DNA from: an uncultured Afipia sp.
GTDB lineage: Bacteria; Pseudomonadota; Alphaproteobacteria; Rhizobiales; Xanthobacteraceae
Assembly: GCA_964384815.1 (NCBI GenBank)
Contig: CAYLLZ010000001.1
Coordinates: forward strand, 971,612-1,035,611
Length of the DNA: 64,000 nt
Direction of reading: 5' to 3'
A program made the translations under genes and the position numbers. The notes below the pieces were generated by a model that was given only the letters and a program-made list of their open reading frames with translations, did not search any database and was not told the DNA's origin. How positions within the stretch are numbered: the stretch's first letter is position 1; each line of letters starts with the position of its first letter. This document shows, one piece after another, positions 1-9,716 of this stretch.

Positions 1-666
1 ACCGGCTCCTCGATCATGCTGGTTCCGGTGCTGGCCTCGATCTACGGGCCGAAAGCCGCCGTCCCGATCATGGCGGTGGCGGCGGTCATAGCCAATTTCT
101 CGCGCATTCTGGCGTGGTGGCGCGACGTCGACTGGCGCGCCTTCGCGGCCTATGCCGTGCCCGGCGCCCCCGCCGCTTTTCTCGGCGCGCGGACGTTGCT
201 GATCCTGCCCTCCCACACCGTGGATGCCGCGATCGGCATTTTCCTGCTGTCGATGATTCCGACGCGGCACTGGCTCGCCAAGCACATGCTGCGCCTCAAT
301 CTCTGGCACATGGCACTCGCAGGAGCCTTCATCGGTTTTCTCACCGGCATTGTGGTGTCGACTGGACCGATCTCGGTGCCCGTGTTCGTCAGCTACGGGC
401 TGGTGAAAGGCGCGTTCCTCGCCACCGAGGCGGCCGGCTCGCTCGCGATCTACATCAGCAAGATCGCGACCTTCCGTGCCGTCGGCGCGTTGCCCTGGGA
501 CTATCTCGCCAAGGGTCTGGTGACCGGCTCGTCGATCATGGTCGGCACCTTCATCGCCAAGCCGTTCCTGCTGAAGCTGTCGCCGGACGCGTTCCGCCAC
601 ATCATGGACGGCCTGATGCTGGTGAGTGGCCTGACCATGCTCTGGAACGCAGCCTTCGCCTCCTGA
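1..666 (+). CDS. TSUP-family (TauE/SafE-type) permease, 5' end cut by window edge
   Basis: The frame is open from nt 1. The product is polytopic and hydrophobic (..VPVLASIYGPKAAVPIMAVAAVIANFSR.., ..GPISVPVFVSYG..), typical of TauE/SafE permeases. Stop at 664-666. Confidence 0.7.
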   Translation, partial: TGSSIMLVPVLASIYGPKAAVPIMAVAAVIANFSRILAWWRDVDWRAFAAYAVPGAPAAFLGARTLLILPSHTVDAAIGIFLLSMIPTRHWLAKHMLRLNLWHMALAGAFIGFLTGIVVSTGPISVPVFVSYGLVKGAFLATEAAGSLAIYISKIATFRAVGALPWDYLAKGLVTGSSIMVGTFIAKPFLLKLSPDAFRHIMDGLMLVSGLTMLWNAAFAS

Positions 667-777
667 TCCGCTAGCGCTGGCAATTCAATCGCGAGCGGCT
701 TCACATCGGACGGCAAAATGGGCTACGTCCTCCATCGCAGCCACACGCCTCGCGACGGGGCCGAACGGATATCCTGA

Positions 778-1626
778 ATGGCCCGCAGATTTTACGCCCC
801 CTATCAGAGCGAACCGATGTCGGCGCTGGCCTCCTGGGCCAGGCGGCTCGCGGTGTTTGCGCTGGTGGCGGCGATCGTCTCGACCCTGATCGTCCGGTTC
901 GGTTTTCTCGACTTCAAACCCGCGCTGATGACCTTCCTGGGCGCGCTGGCCTTCGCCGGCCTGTCCATTCTGGTGTCGTTCGCGGCCTTCGCCGCGATCT
1001 GGCAGAACGGCTCACGCGGCATGACCCGCATCCTGACGGCGCTGCTGCTCGATATCCTGATCCTCGCCTATCCGGCCTACCTCGCCTATCAGTACAAGAA
1101 GCTGCCGCCGATCCACGACATCACCACCGATCCGATCGATCCGCCGCGCTTCGACGCACTGGCGCGGCTGCGCGCCGCAGATGGCGCCAATCCGGCCGGA
1201 TATGCCGGCCTCTATTCGGCCGAACAGCAGCGCATCGCTTATCCCCAGATCGAACCTGTGATGCTCGATGTCTCGCCGCAGCGCGCCTACGACATCGCCC
1301 TGCAGCTCGTGACGCGGCGCAAATGGCTGATCATCGACGAGCGACCGCCGCAATCGCCGCAACGCATCGGCCGGATCGAAGCCGTGGCACGCACGCCGGT
1401 GATGGGGTTTCGCGAGGACGTCTCGATCCGCGTCGCGCCCTATGAGGACGGCTCGCGTGTCGATATCCGTTCCTCCTCGCGCTATTTCGAGCACGATTTC
1501 GGCAGCAATGCCGCGCGCGTCATTAAGCTGTCGGACGATCTCAACGAGATCGTCGACAACGCCAAGCCGGAAAAGAAGATGCTGGCGCCGGCGCAGCCTC
1601 AGCCCAAGGGACCGCGCAAGCGATAG
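778..1626 (+). CDS. DUF1499-family membrane-anchored protein
   Basis: 282-aa ORF with N-terminal TM helices, then ..HDITTDPIDPPRF.. and ..SRYFEHDFGSNAARV.. segments that I recognise from DUF1499 proteins. Confidence 0.65.
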   Translation: MARRFYAPYQSEPMSALASWARRLAVFALVAAIVSTLIVRFGFLDFKPALMTFLGALAFAGLSILVSFAAFAAIWQNGSRGMTRILTALLLDILILAYPAYLAYQYKKLPPIHDITTDPIDPPRFDALARLRAADGANPAGYAGLYSAEQQRIAYPQIEPVMLDVSPQRAYDIALQLVTRRKWLIIDERPPQSPQRIGRIEAVARTPVMGFREDVSIRVAPYEDGSRVDIRSSSRYFEHDFGSNAARVIKLSDDLNEIVDNAKPEKKMLAPAQPQPKGPRKR

Positions 1627-2534
1627 ACGCTGTCGATGGTGGGATCGCCGTCGGTGACGACGATCTCGCGGGCCACCAGATCCTCCAGATGCGCCAGCAC
1701 CGAATAGCCGGCGGCGCGGATAAGACGCGGATCGATGCCGATATAGCTCGCGCGCACGATGGACGGGATGTCCGCCGCGCCCTTGCGCAACCGGTGCAGG
1801 ATCGACGCTTCGCGCGCCTTGCGATGGCGGATCAGGAAATGCACGAAGCGCACGGCCTCGGGAATTTCGGGGCCGTGGCCTGAGAAATAAAGCTGCTCGC
1901 CGCGATGCGTGAGTTTTTCGAGCGACGCCATGTAATCGACCATTGATCCGTCCGGCGGCGAGACGATCGACGTGGACCAGCCCATCACATGATCGCCGAT
2001 GAAGGTGAGACCGCGCTCCGGCCAGGCGAAGGCCACGTGATTGGCGGTGTGGCCCGGCGTCGTCACCGCCTCGAGCGCCCAGCCGTCACCGGCGACCACT
2101 TCGCCGTCCTTGAGTTGGATATCGGGACGGAAGTCGCGGTCCGCTCCGGATTCCGTCTTGCGGGTCTCGCCGGCATGCATGGGACGGGAGGCGCGATGCG
2201 GTCCTTCCGCGTAGACCGTCGCACCGGTCGCCTGCTTGATGCGCGGAACGCCGGGCGAATGATCGAGATGGGTGTGCGTGACAAGGATGTGCGTCACAGT
2301 CTCGCCGCGCACGGCATGGAGCAACGCGTCGAGATGGGCATCGTCGGCGGGACCCGGATCGATGATCGCCACCTTGCCCCTGCCGACGATGTAACTCAGC
2401 GTGCCGGTGAAGGTGAACGGTCCCGGATTGTTGCACAACAGACGGCGCACGCCGGGCACCGGCTCATCAACCACGCCCGGGGCCAATGGAAAATTCCGGT
2501 TGAACGGAATGTCGTCGTTAACGCTCACACCCAA
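1599..2534 (-). CDS. MBL-fold metallo-hydrolase
   Basis: 311-aa ORF with the HTHLDHSPG (HxHxDH) metal-binding motif. Its 3' end overlaps the convergent DUF1499 gene by 28 nt. Confidence 0.8.
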   Translation of the reverse strand: MGVSVNDDIPFNRNFPLAPGVVDEPVPGVRRLLCNNPGPFTFTGTLSYIVGRGKVAIIDPGPADDAHLDALLHAVRGETVTHILVTHTHLDHSPGVPRIKQATGATVYAEGPHRASRPMHAGETRKTESGADRDFRPDIQLKDGEVVAGDGWALEAVTTPGHTANHVAFAWPERGLTFIGDHVMGWSTSIVSPPDGSMVDYMASLEKLTHRGEQLYFSGHGPEIPEAVRFVHFLIRHRKAREASILHRLRKGAADIPSIVRASYIGIDPRLIRAAGYSVLAHLEDLVAREIVVTDGDPTIDSVYRLRGPLG

Positions 2535-2549
2535 ACCTGACTGCGGACT

Positions 2550-3764
2550 TCAGGAAAACGCCTGAATGCCGGTGATGGCGCGGCCGAGGATCAACGCGTG
2601 CACGTCGTGCGTTCCTTCATAGGTGTTCACGCTTTCGAGGTTCTGGGCGTGCCGCATGACATGGAATTCGCTGGAGATGCCGTTGCCGCCATGCATGTCG
2701 CGGGCGACGCGCGCGATGTCCAGCGCCTTGCCGCAATTGTTTCGCTTCACCAGGGAGATCATCTGCGGTGCCATCTTGCCTTCGTCCATCAGGCGGCCGA
2801 CACGCAGCGAGCTTTGCAGGCCGAGCGCGATCTCCGTTTCCATGTCGGCAAGTTTCTTCTGCACCAGTTGCGTTGCGGCCAGCGGGCGGCCGAACTGCTT
2901 GCGGTCGAGCGTATATTGCCGCGCACGGTGGAAACAGTCTTCCGCGGCGCCCATCACCCCCCAGGAGATGCCGTAGCGCGCGCGGTTGAGGCATCCGAAC
3001 GGCCCGGCCAGACCGGACACGTTCGGCAGCAGTGCGCTTTCCGGCACCACCACGCCGTCCATCACCACCTCGCCAGTGATCGAGGCACGCAGCGACAGCT
3101 TGCCGCCGATCTTCGGCGCCGACAGACCTTTCATGCCCTTCTCGAGAATGAAGCCACGCACCTTGTTGTCATGCGCCGTGGACTTCGCCCAGATCACGAA
3201 CACATCCGCCATCGGCGCGTTGGAAATCCACATCTTCGAGCCGGTGAGGCGATAGCCGTCCGACACCTTCTCGGCACGGGTCTTCATGCTCTCCACATCG
3301 GAGCCGGCATCCGGTTCGGTGAGGCCGAAGCAGCCGACCCACTCGCCGGACGCAAGCTTCGGAAGATACTTCTTGCGCTGGGTCTCATCGCCATAGGCGT
3401 AGATCGGATACATCACCAATGAGGACTGCACGCTGTTCATCGAGCGATAGCCGGAATCGACACGCTCGATCTCACGCGCGACAAGGCCGTAGGCCACATA
3501 GCTCGCATTGGCGCAGCCATATTGTTCCGGCAGCGTCAGGCCGATCAGGCCGAGTTCGCCCATCTCATGGAAGATCGAGCGGTCGGCGGTCTCGTCCATA
3601 TAGGCGTCCATTACGCGCGGCAGCAGCTTCTCCTGCGCGTAGGCATGCGCGGTGTCTCGGATCATGCGCTCATCTTCGGTCAACTGGTCGTCGAGCAGAA
3701 ACGGATCGTCCCACCGAAATGAAGCCTGGACCGGCTTGTCCTTGCTTTGCAGACGCACGCTCAT
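2550..3764 (-). CDS. gcdH: glutaryl-CoA dehydrogenase (acyl-CoA dehydrogenase family)
   Basis: 404 aa. The N-terminus [22 protein letters not shown] and the C-terminal ..[16 protein letters not shown].. are characteristic of glutaryl-CoA dehydrogenases. Confidence 0.85.
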   Translation of the reverse strand: MSVRLQSKDKPVQASFRWDDPFLLDDQLTEDERMIRDTAHAYAQEKLLPRVMDAYMDETADRSIFHEMGELGLIGLTLPEQYGCANASYVAYGLVAREIERVDSGYRSMNSVQSSLVMYPIYAYGDETQRKKYLPKLASGEWVGCFGLTEPDAGSDVESMKTRAEKVSDGYRLTGSKMWISNAPMADVFVIWAKSTAHDNKVRGFILEKGMKGLSAPKIGGKLSLRASITGEVVMDGVVVPESALLPNVSGLAGPFGCLNRARYGISWGVMGAAEDCFHRARQYTLDRKQFGRPLAATQLVQKKLADMETEIALGLQSSLRVGRLMDEGKMAPQMISLVKRNNCGKALDIARVARDMHGGNGISSEFHVMRHAQNLESVNTYEGTHDVHALILGRAITGIQAFS

Positions 3765-3851
3765 GTTGGTCCTCTCAGGTCTTCCGCGGCCGACCTTACC
3801 ACGCGGCCTTGGCCGCCGGGGGGTCCCGCGGGGCGGTCAGACTATCACAAC

Positions 3852-4928
3852 TCAGCCGTCGAAGGGTTCATTGGCGACGATTTCGATGCCGAAACCCGAC
3901 AGGCCCTTGTAGTCGTGCAGCGACGAGGTGAGATGACGGATCGAGCTGACGCCAAGGTCGCGCAGGATCTGCGCGCCAACGCCGACCTCGCGCCATTGCC
4001 GGTTGCGGTCGGCCTCCGCCGAATGCTCTTCGGCAATGGGTGAGACAGGAACGCCGGCCGCACCGTCCCGCAGATAGATCAGGACGCCGCTGCCATTCGC
4101 TTTGAAGCGTTCGAGCGCGGCGTTGACCTTGGCCGAGCCGTAGAAAATGTCCCTGACGATGTTCGGCTTATGAAACCGCGTCAGCACGTTGCGGCCATCA
4201 CCGATGCTGCCATAGACAAACGCGACATGGTGGATTGGATCGAACGGCGAGCGGTAGGCAAATCCCTGCAGGACGCCGATCGGACTCTCGACGCTGAAGC
4301 TCGACACCCGCTCGATCAGCTTCTCGCGCGCCTGCCGATAGGCGATCATGTCGGCGATGGTGACGTGCTTGAGGTTGTGCGTCCGCGCGAACTGCACGAC
4401 CTGCTCGCCCTTCATCACCGTGCCGTTGTCGTTCATCAATTCGCTGATGACGCCGACCGGCGGCAGATCCGCCAGTTTACACAGATCGACCGCGGCTTCG
4501 GTGTGGCCGGAGCGCAGCAGTACGCCGCCATCGCGCGCGATCAGCGGAAAGATATGGCCGGGCCGGGCAAAGTCGCTGGCGCCGACATTCGGATTGGCCA
4601 GCGCGCGGCAGCAGGCCGTGCGTTCCTCGGCCGAGATGCCGGTGGTCATACCGGGCTTGTAGTCGATCGAGACCGTGAAGGCGGTGGTGTGGTTGCTGTC
4701 GTTATACGACACCATCGGATCGAGCCGCAGCCGCCGGGCATCCTCGGTGGTGAGCGGCGCGCAGACGATGCCGGAGGTGTGGCGGATGATGAACGCCATC
4801 TTCTCCGCCGTACACAGCGACGCGGCAACGATCAGATCGCCCTCGCCCTCGCGATCCTCGTCGTCGGTCACGACAACGATCTCGCCGGCGGCAAACGCCT
4901 TCAGAACCTCGGGAATCGGATCAGCCAT
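3852..4928 (-). CDS. ribB: 3,4-dihydroxy-2-butanone-4-phosphate synthase fused to a degenerate GTP-cyclohydrolase-II-like domain (RibBX type)
   Basis: The N-terminal half has the DHBP synthase signature ..DDEDREGEGDLIVAA..RHTSGIVC.. The C-terminal ~150 aa are RibA-like but contain no cysteine at all, so the Zn site is missing. Confidence 0.85.
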   Translation of the reverse strand: MADPIPEVLKAFAAGEIVVVTDDEDREGEGDLIVAASLCTAEKMAFIIRHTSGIVCAPLTTEDARRLRLDPMVSYNDSNHTTAFTVSIDYKPGMTTGISAEERTACCRALANPNVGASDFARPGHIFPLIARDGGVLLRSGHTEAAVDLCKLADLPPVGVISELMNDNGTVMKGEQVVQFARTHNLKHVTIADMIAYRQAREKLIERVSSFSVESPIGVLQGFAYRSPFDPIHHVAFVYGSIGDGRNVLTRFHKPNIVRDIFYGSAKVNAALERFKANGSGVLIYLRDGAAGVPVSPIAEEHSAEADRNRQWREVGVGAQILRDLGVSSIRHLTSSLHDYKGLSGFGIEIVANEPFDG

Positions 4929-5193
4929 CTTGCGGACTCATGAATTACAGCGGGCCAGATCGTATGACGTACCAGGCGCATGGGCGCAACCGCGATTCCG
5001 GCCAGACAGCCACTCCCCGCGAGCAATGCGGTGTGCGTCCCTGCGTCAATCCCGCCAGGCATTGAGCAGGTATTCTTTACCACATGGCAACCTGCGCCTG
5101 TTTTCGGTAAGGGAAACTTCCCGCGCCGGCAGAGTTATCGCTGGCTGACGCCATCCCCACGCTTTGCGCTCTGACCTCCACAAAGGGCAAATC

Positions 5194-5652
5194 ATGACTT
5201 CAAGGTTCGATCATCATTTCTGCGCCGGTCTTGGCCTCGCGATGGCCATGGCGCTGATCCCCGGCTCGTTCGCAGACGCGCAGGAGGCCTCGCCGGCCGG
5301 CACCTGGCTGACCGAGAAAGGCGATGCCCGAATCAAGATCAGCTCCTGCGGCGCAAGCATCTGCGGCAAGGTCGTCGGCCTGCGCGATCCGATCAATCCG
5401 GAGACCGGCAAGCCGTTCACCGACGACAAGAACCCCAATCCAGCACTCGCCACGCGGCCGGTAGTCGGGCTGCAATTGTTCAACAACATGCGGCCGACCG
5501 GCCCGGGCCAATGGGCGGGACGCATCTACAATGCCGATGACGGGCGATTCTATGTGAGCAAGGTTGCGCTGGAAGGCCCCTCGCGCCTGCGGGTCGAGGG
5601 CTGCGTGGGCGTGATCTGCGGCGGCGAAACCTGGAGCAAGGTCGGCCGCTGA
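5194..5652 (+). CDS. DUF2147-domain secreted protein
   Basis: Signal peptide (..LAMAMALIPGSFADAQEA..), then GTWLTEKGDARIKISSCG..ICGKV..GRIYNADDGRFY..LRVEGCVG.ICGGETWSKV, the DUF2147 pattern. I chose the internal ATG at 5194 rather than the TTG at 5164. Confidence 0.7.
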   Translation: MTSRFDHHFCAGLGLAMAMALIPGSFADAQEASPAGTWLTEKGDARIKISSCGASICGKVVGLRDPINPETGKPFTDDKNPNPALATRPVVGLQLFNNMRPTGPGQWAGRIYNADDGRFYVSKVALEGPSRLRVEGCVGVICGGETWSKVGR

Positions 5653-5683
5653 CCCAAAAAGTTCAATATTTTTAGGAAGATAC

Positions 5684-5760
5684 TGGTCGGAGTAGCAGGA
5701 TTTGAACCTGCGACCCCCTGCTCCCGAAGCAGGTGCGCTACCGGGCTGCGCTATACTCCG
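5684..5760 (-). tRNA. tRNA-Pro (anticodon CGG)
   Basis: The minus strand reads CGGAGTATAGCGCAGCCCGGTAGCGCACCTGCTTCGGGAGCAGGGGGTCGCAGGTTCAAATCCTGCTACTCCGACCA. It has a 7-bp acceptor stem (CGGAGTA/TACTCCG), a CCTGC/GCAGG anticodon stem with loop TTCGGGA, a GGTTCAAAT T-loop and an encoded CCA. Confidence 0.95.
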
Positions 5761-5848
5761 ACTTTATGGCGCGTCTTATAGCGGCGGCTCTCGCCCACCG
5801 CAAGAAGCGGTATAAGAACTGATCATTATTCCCTTCAAGCCGCGCGAC

Positions 5849-6835
5849 ATGACACTCATTCTGACCACACGACTGATTTCGGCCGCCAAGGGCGGGCCCC
5901 GCGAAGCCGCGCAGTGCCTGGCCGATGGGGGCCTCGTCGCGTTCCCGACCGAAACCGTCTATGGCCTCGGCGCGGACGCCACCAACGCGCAGGCCATCGC
6001 GCGGCTTTATCAGGCCAAGGGGCGGCCAGCATTCAATCCCCTGATCTCGCATGTCGCGACATTGGCTGACGCCCAGCGCATCGCCGTCTTCAACGAAGAC
6101 GCTCTCAAACTGACGCAGGCCTTCTGGCCGGGACCGCTGACGCTGGTGCTGCATAAGACCAAAGACTGCACCGTTTCGGATCTCGCGACCGCCGGCATGG
6201 ACACCATCGCGGTGCGCATGCCTGCGCATCCGGTGGCGCATAAGATTCTGCAAGAACTGGGACGCCCTGTCGTCGCACCTTCGGCGAATATCTCCGGCCA
6301 CGTCTCCCCGACCACAGCAGCCCATGTGCGCGAGGACCTGTCGGGGCGGATCGATCTGATCGTCGATGGCGGTCCGGTCAGCGTCGGTGTCGAATCCACC
6401 ATCGTCGGCTGCTTCGACCGGCCGGTGCTGTTGCGGCCCGGCGGTGTGCCACGTGAAGAGATCGAACGGGTGCTCGGCGTCAAGCTTGCGCCGCGGCCTG
6501 CGGCTCCCGAAACCAGCGGACCGCATCCGCTCGCGCCCGGCATGCTGGCCTCGCACTATGCGCCGCATACGCCGGTGCGCCTCAATGCTGACAGCGTGGC
6601 TTCTGACGAAGCGCTGCTGGCGTTCGGTCCTCCGCTGCCGAATGCGAAGCCGGCACATATGCTGAACCTCTCGCCACGCGGCGATCTCATTGAGGCTGCG
6701 GCTAATCTGTTCAGCTATCTCCGCGCACTCGACGGCAAGCACGCGCGCGCCATCGCTGTGATGTCCATTCCAGATCATGGCATCGGCGAAGCCATCAACG
6801 ATCGCCTGCAACGCGCGGCAGTCGGGCGCGACTGA
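5849..6835 (+). CDS. tsaC: L-threonylcarbamoyladenylate synthase (Sua5/YwlC/TsaC family, long form)
   Basis: 328 aa with ..VAFPTETVYGLGADA.., ..KGRPAFNPLI.., ..SANISG.. YrdC-domain motifs plus a Sua5-type C-terminal domain. Confidence 0.85.
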   Translation: MTLILTTRLISAAKGGPREAAQCLADGGLVAFPTETVYGLGADATNAQAIARLYQAKGRPAFNPLISHVATLADAQRIAVFNEDALKLTQAFWPGPLTLVLHKTKDCTVSDLATAGMDTIAVRMPAHPVAHKILQELGRPVVAPSANISGHVSPTTAAHVREDLSGRIDLIVDGGPVSVGVESTIVGCFDRPVLLRPGGVPREEIERVLGVKLAPRPAAPETSGPHPLAPGMLASHYAPHTPVRLNADSVASDEALLAFGPPLPNAKPAHMLNLSPRGDLIEAAANLFSYLRALDGKHARAIAVMSIPDHGIGEAINDRLQRAAVGRD

Positions 6836-6866
6836 ACCGCACGCACATGCGACGGGAAGTGACGAC

Positions 6867-8294
6867 ATGAATCAGCATCCGTCCGCATCGCCCGGTCTTT
6901 CACCCGAGGTGCTCGCCCGTTTCAGCGCCATTGTCGGCGACAGATACGCCGTAACCGATGCGCAGGAGATGGCGCCGTATCTGGTGGAAGAGCGTGGTCT
7001 CTATCGCGGACATTCGCCGCTGATCCTGCGCCCCGGCTCCACTGCCGAGGTCGCGGAGATCTGCAAGCTTGCGACTGAAACCCAAACTGCATTGGTGCCG
7101 CAAGGTGGCAATACCGGACTGGTCGGCGGACAAATGCCGCATCACGGCGAGATCGTGGTGTCGCTACGCCGGCTCGACAGGATTCGCGATCTCGATCCGC
7201 AGTCGAACACCATGACCTGCGAAGCCGGCGTTGCCCTCGCGAACGCCCATACCCACGCCGGCACGGTGGATCGGCTATTCCCGCTCTGGCTCGGCTCGGA
7301 AGGCAGTTGCACCATCGGCGGCAACCTCTCCACCAACGCCGGCGGCATCGCCGCGCTGTCCTATGGGGTAGCGCGCGATCTTGTGCTCGGCCTCGAAGTG
7401 GTGCTGGCGGACGGCCGGATCATGCACGGCCTGTCGAAACTCAAGAAAGACAACACCGGCTACGACCTGCGCGATCTGTTCATTGGCGCGGAAGGCACGC
7501 TCGGTATCATCACCGCCGCGACGCTGAAGCTGTTTCCGATGCCACGTAGCGTCGAGACCGCCTATGCCGGTGTCGCCTCGCCCGATGCGGCCGTAAAACT
7601 GCTGACACTGGCGCAGAGCAAGGCCGCGACCAGCCTGACCAGTTTCGAGCTGATCGCGCGGATTGCGGTGGATTTCTCTGTCAGACACGGCCCCTCGATC
7701 CGCGATCCGCTGCCGGGCGCACCGCCCTGGTACATTCTGATGGAGGTCTCCTCCCCGCGCGAGGACGCGCGCGAGACCATCGAAGCCATTCTTACCGAGG
7801 CGATGGAGCGGGACATCGTCAGCGACGCCGTGATCGCCGCCAGCCTTGAGCAACGCAACGCGTTCTGGACGTTGCGCGAAATCCTTTCGCCGGCGCAGAA
7901 GCCAGAGGGCGGCTCGATCAAGCACGACGTCTCGGTGCCGGTCGCCGCAGTACCGCAATTCATCGCCGAAGCCGATGCGGCTGTCACGGGACTCGTTCCC
8001 GGTGCACGGCCTGTCGCTTTTGGTCATCTCGGCGACGGCAACATCCATTACAACATCAGTCAGCCGCCCGGCGCGGACAAGCAGGCCTTCCTCGCCCGCT
8101 GGCACGAGGTCAATAGCCTCGTCCACGGTATCGTCCTCAAACATCACGGCTCGATCTCCGCCGAGCATGGCATCGGCGTGCTCAAGCGCGACGAACTCGC
8201 TCATGTGAAAGATCCGGTGGCGCTCGATCTGATGCGTACGCTGAAGCACTCGCTCGATCCGCTGAACATCCTCAATCCGGGCAAGGTGCTGTAG
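6867..8294 (+). CDS. FAD-linked oxidase (GlcD / D-2-hydroxyacid dehydrogenase-like)
   Basis: FAD-binding PCMH-type N-terminal part (..VPQGGNTGLVGG..) and C-terminal ..GSISAEHGIG..K...L..KDP.....M...K..LDP..ILNPGK. Start moved to the ATG at 6867 (GGGAAG RBS), downstream of the tsaC stop. Confidence 0.8.
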   Translation: MNQHPSASPGLSPEVLARFSAIVGDRYAVTDAQEMAPYLVEERGLYRGHSPLILRPGSTAEVAEICKLATETQTALVPQGGNTGLVGGQMPHHGEIVVSLRRLDRIRDLDPQSNTMTCEAGVALANAHTHAGTVDRLFPLWLGSEGSCTIGGNLSTNAGGIAALSYGVARDLVLGLEVVLADGRIMHGLSKLKKDNTGYDLRDLFIGAEGTLGIITAATLKLFPMPRSVETAYAGVASPDAAVKLLTLAQSKAATSLTSFELIARIAVDFSVRHGPSIRDPLPGAPPWYILMEVSSPREDARETIEAILTEAMERDIVSDAVIAASLEQRNAFWTLREILSPAQKPEGGSIKHDVSVPVAAVPQFIAEADAAVTGLVPGARPVAFGHLGDGNIHYNISQPPGADKQAFLARWHEVNSLVHGIVLKHHGSISAEHGIGVLKRDELAHVKDPVALDLMRTLKHSLDPLNILNPGKVL

Positions 8295-8328
8295 CGCGAT
8301 CAACCGCGGTCCTGTGCCGGGCCACAAA

Positions 8329-9108
8329 TCAGAACAGCGAGCCCTGCCCGTTATCGCCCGCATCGGCTTGCCGTCGCGGCTTTTCCGCGCGAGCCGGCTT
8401 CTTCGACGCAACGGCAGTTTCAGCCTCCGCCGCCCGTTCCTCTTCGGTCATCGGCCGGATCAGGCGCGGATCGTCATTGCCAACCTTGTTCACCGCGCTT
8501 GTCACCTCATGCCAGGTCAGCGAGCCCGAAGGCGGCGCGGTCAGCATCGTGCTGGCCTCCCCTGCATCGACATCGTTGCCGTCGAGCCACCGGCTGAAGT
8601 CTTCAGGACGGATCGTCACCGGCACGCGGTGATGCAGATGGTTCATCTCCGGCCGCGCCGCCGTGGTGATGATCGCAACCGTATCGACCTCCTCGCCGTT
8701 CGGCCCGACCCATGTCTCGGCGAGACCGGCAAAGCCCATCGGCTGGCCATCGACGGGGCGAATGAAAAACGGCTGCTTGCGCCCGGACAGGGCCTGCCAT
8801 TCGTAATAGCCGTCGGCGGGCAGCAGGCAGCGCCGCCGCCGCATCGCGTTTCGGAAGGCCGGCTTGTCCAGCACCGTCTCGCTGCGGGCATTGATGACCA
8901 GGGAAAACGCTCGCGGGTCCTTCACCCAGCCCGGGATCAGGCCCCAGCGCATCAGCCGGAAATGCCGCGTGCCGTTTTCCAGCACCACCACAGGCAGCGG
9001 TTGTGTCGGCGCAATATTATACCGAGGCGGGAAATTCGGCTGCTCGGCATAGTCGAACAGCCGGCGGATTGCCTCGGGCGCCGAGATGATCACATACCGA
9101 CCGCACAT
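8329..9108 (-). CDS. SOS-response-associated peptidase (SRAP/YedK family, abasic-site sensor)
   Basis: Starts MCGRY.., the invariant catalytic Cys2 of SRAP proteins, so the ATG at 9108 was chosen over the one at 9123. ..RYNIAPTQ.. and ..DGYYEW.. motifs are present, followed by a charged Lys/Ala/Glu-rich C-terminal tail. Confidence 0.85.
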   Translation of the reverse strand: MCGRYVIISAPEAIRRLFDYAEQPNFPPRYNIAPTQPLPVVVLENGTRHFRLMRWGLIPGWVKDPRAFSLVINARSETVLDKPAFRNAMRRRRCLLPADGYYEWQALSGRKQPFFIRPVDGQPMGFAGLAETWVGPNGEEVDTVAIITTAARPEMNHLHHRVPVTIRPEDFSRWLDGNDVDAGEASTMLTAPPSGSLTWHEVTSAVNKVGNDDPRLIRPMTEEERAAEAETAVASKKPARAEKPRRQADAGDNGQGSLF

Positions 9109-9196
9109 ATCCTGACGTCTCAAGCTCCTAATTGACCTATTCGCCGGCCTTGGTCATTTAGCCGACTTTAACGCAAAGACGTGAGACTGCGGCACA

Positions 9197-9706
9197 ATGA
9201 CTCCAGCGCTCACCACCTCGCGATCCGACAACACCGCAGCATGTCCCCCGGACGCCGCGGAGGCTCGCGTACAGTCCCTGCTGGCGGCCAACGTCAATCC
9301 GCGCACCGGCCTTGCGACCGATTATCTCAATCACTTCAACGAAGCCATCATGCTGCTGGAGATGATTCCGGATATGCCGGAATGCGTCGAGGACTTTCTG
9401 ACCTGGCAGCCGCGCACCTATCGGGAGCATTTCGAGGCCTCCAACCTGAAAGCCCAGGGGCTGATCATTCAGGCCTATGACGAGGCCGAGACCGCCTTGC
9501 GCGTCGAATTCGACCGTGTGGTCGACGCCATGACCGAGATTTTGATTGCCGTCGGCGCGGCAATGCGGGAAACCACGCAGGACAAGACCCGCGCGATATT
9601 GGCCGAACAGACGACTGGCTGGATCAAGCCCCTGCTCTCGCTGGCAGGAGGATTGATCCACGGCTCGCCCGATCAGGCCGATGTCGACCGCATCATGGAA
9701 AAATAG
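9197..9706 (+). CDS. conserved hypothetical protein
   Basis: 169-aa ORF with codon-biased (GC3-rich) composition and no shadow-ORF explanation. I recognise no motif. Confidence 0.5.
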   Translation: MTPALTTSRSDNTAACPPDAAEARVQSLLAANVNPRTGLATDYLNHFNEAIMLLEMIPDMPECVEDFLTWQPRTYREHFEASNLKAQGLIIQAYDEAETALRVEFDRVVDAMTEILIAVGAAMRETTQDKTRAILAEQTTGWIKPLLSLAGGLIHGSPDQADVDRIMEK

Positions 9707-9716
9707 GATTCTCCCC

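Noticed and set aside
1599-1626. 28-nt 3'-end overlap of the convergent DUF1499 and MBL-hydrolase genes as a regulatory antisense arrangement
   Set aside because: Short convergent overlaps are common in compact high-GC genomes. The sequence suggests nothing beyond coincidence.
4929-5193. FMN (RFN) riboswitch in the ribB leader
   Set aside because: On the ribB strand there is a GGGAAGTTTCCC..TACCG stretch vaguely like the RFN GGGTGAAATTCCC..ACCGGCGGT core. However, the invariant GCCGACGGT and AGTCCGGATG blocks and a convincing P1 helix are missing, and the + strand gives an equally weak pseudo-match. By eye I cannot support it. A cmsearch with RF00050 would settle it.
5653-5848. Genomic island or prophage integration at tRNA-Pro
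   Set aside because: No integrase, excisionase or phage-like ORF lies on either side. The flanking genes (DUF2147, tsaC) are ordinary core genes, and I saw no duplicated tRNA 3' segment nearby.
5738-6868. Long antisense or alternative-frame ORFs: 5738..6868 -, 7275..8411 -, 19695..21146 -, 28018..30351 +, 36246..38126 +, 33864..34808 -, 39519..40616 +, 40660..41889 -, 44383..45480 +, 49733..50611 +, and many of 60-300 aa
   Set aside because: Each overlaps a gene with clear family motifs on the other strand or frame. Their translations are Arg/Gly/Ala/Pro-rich with no recognisable domains.
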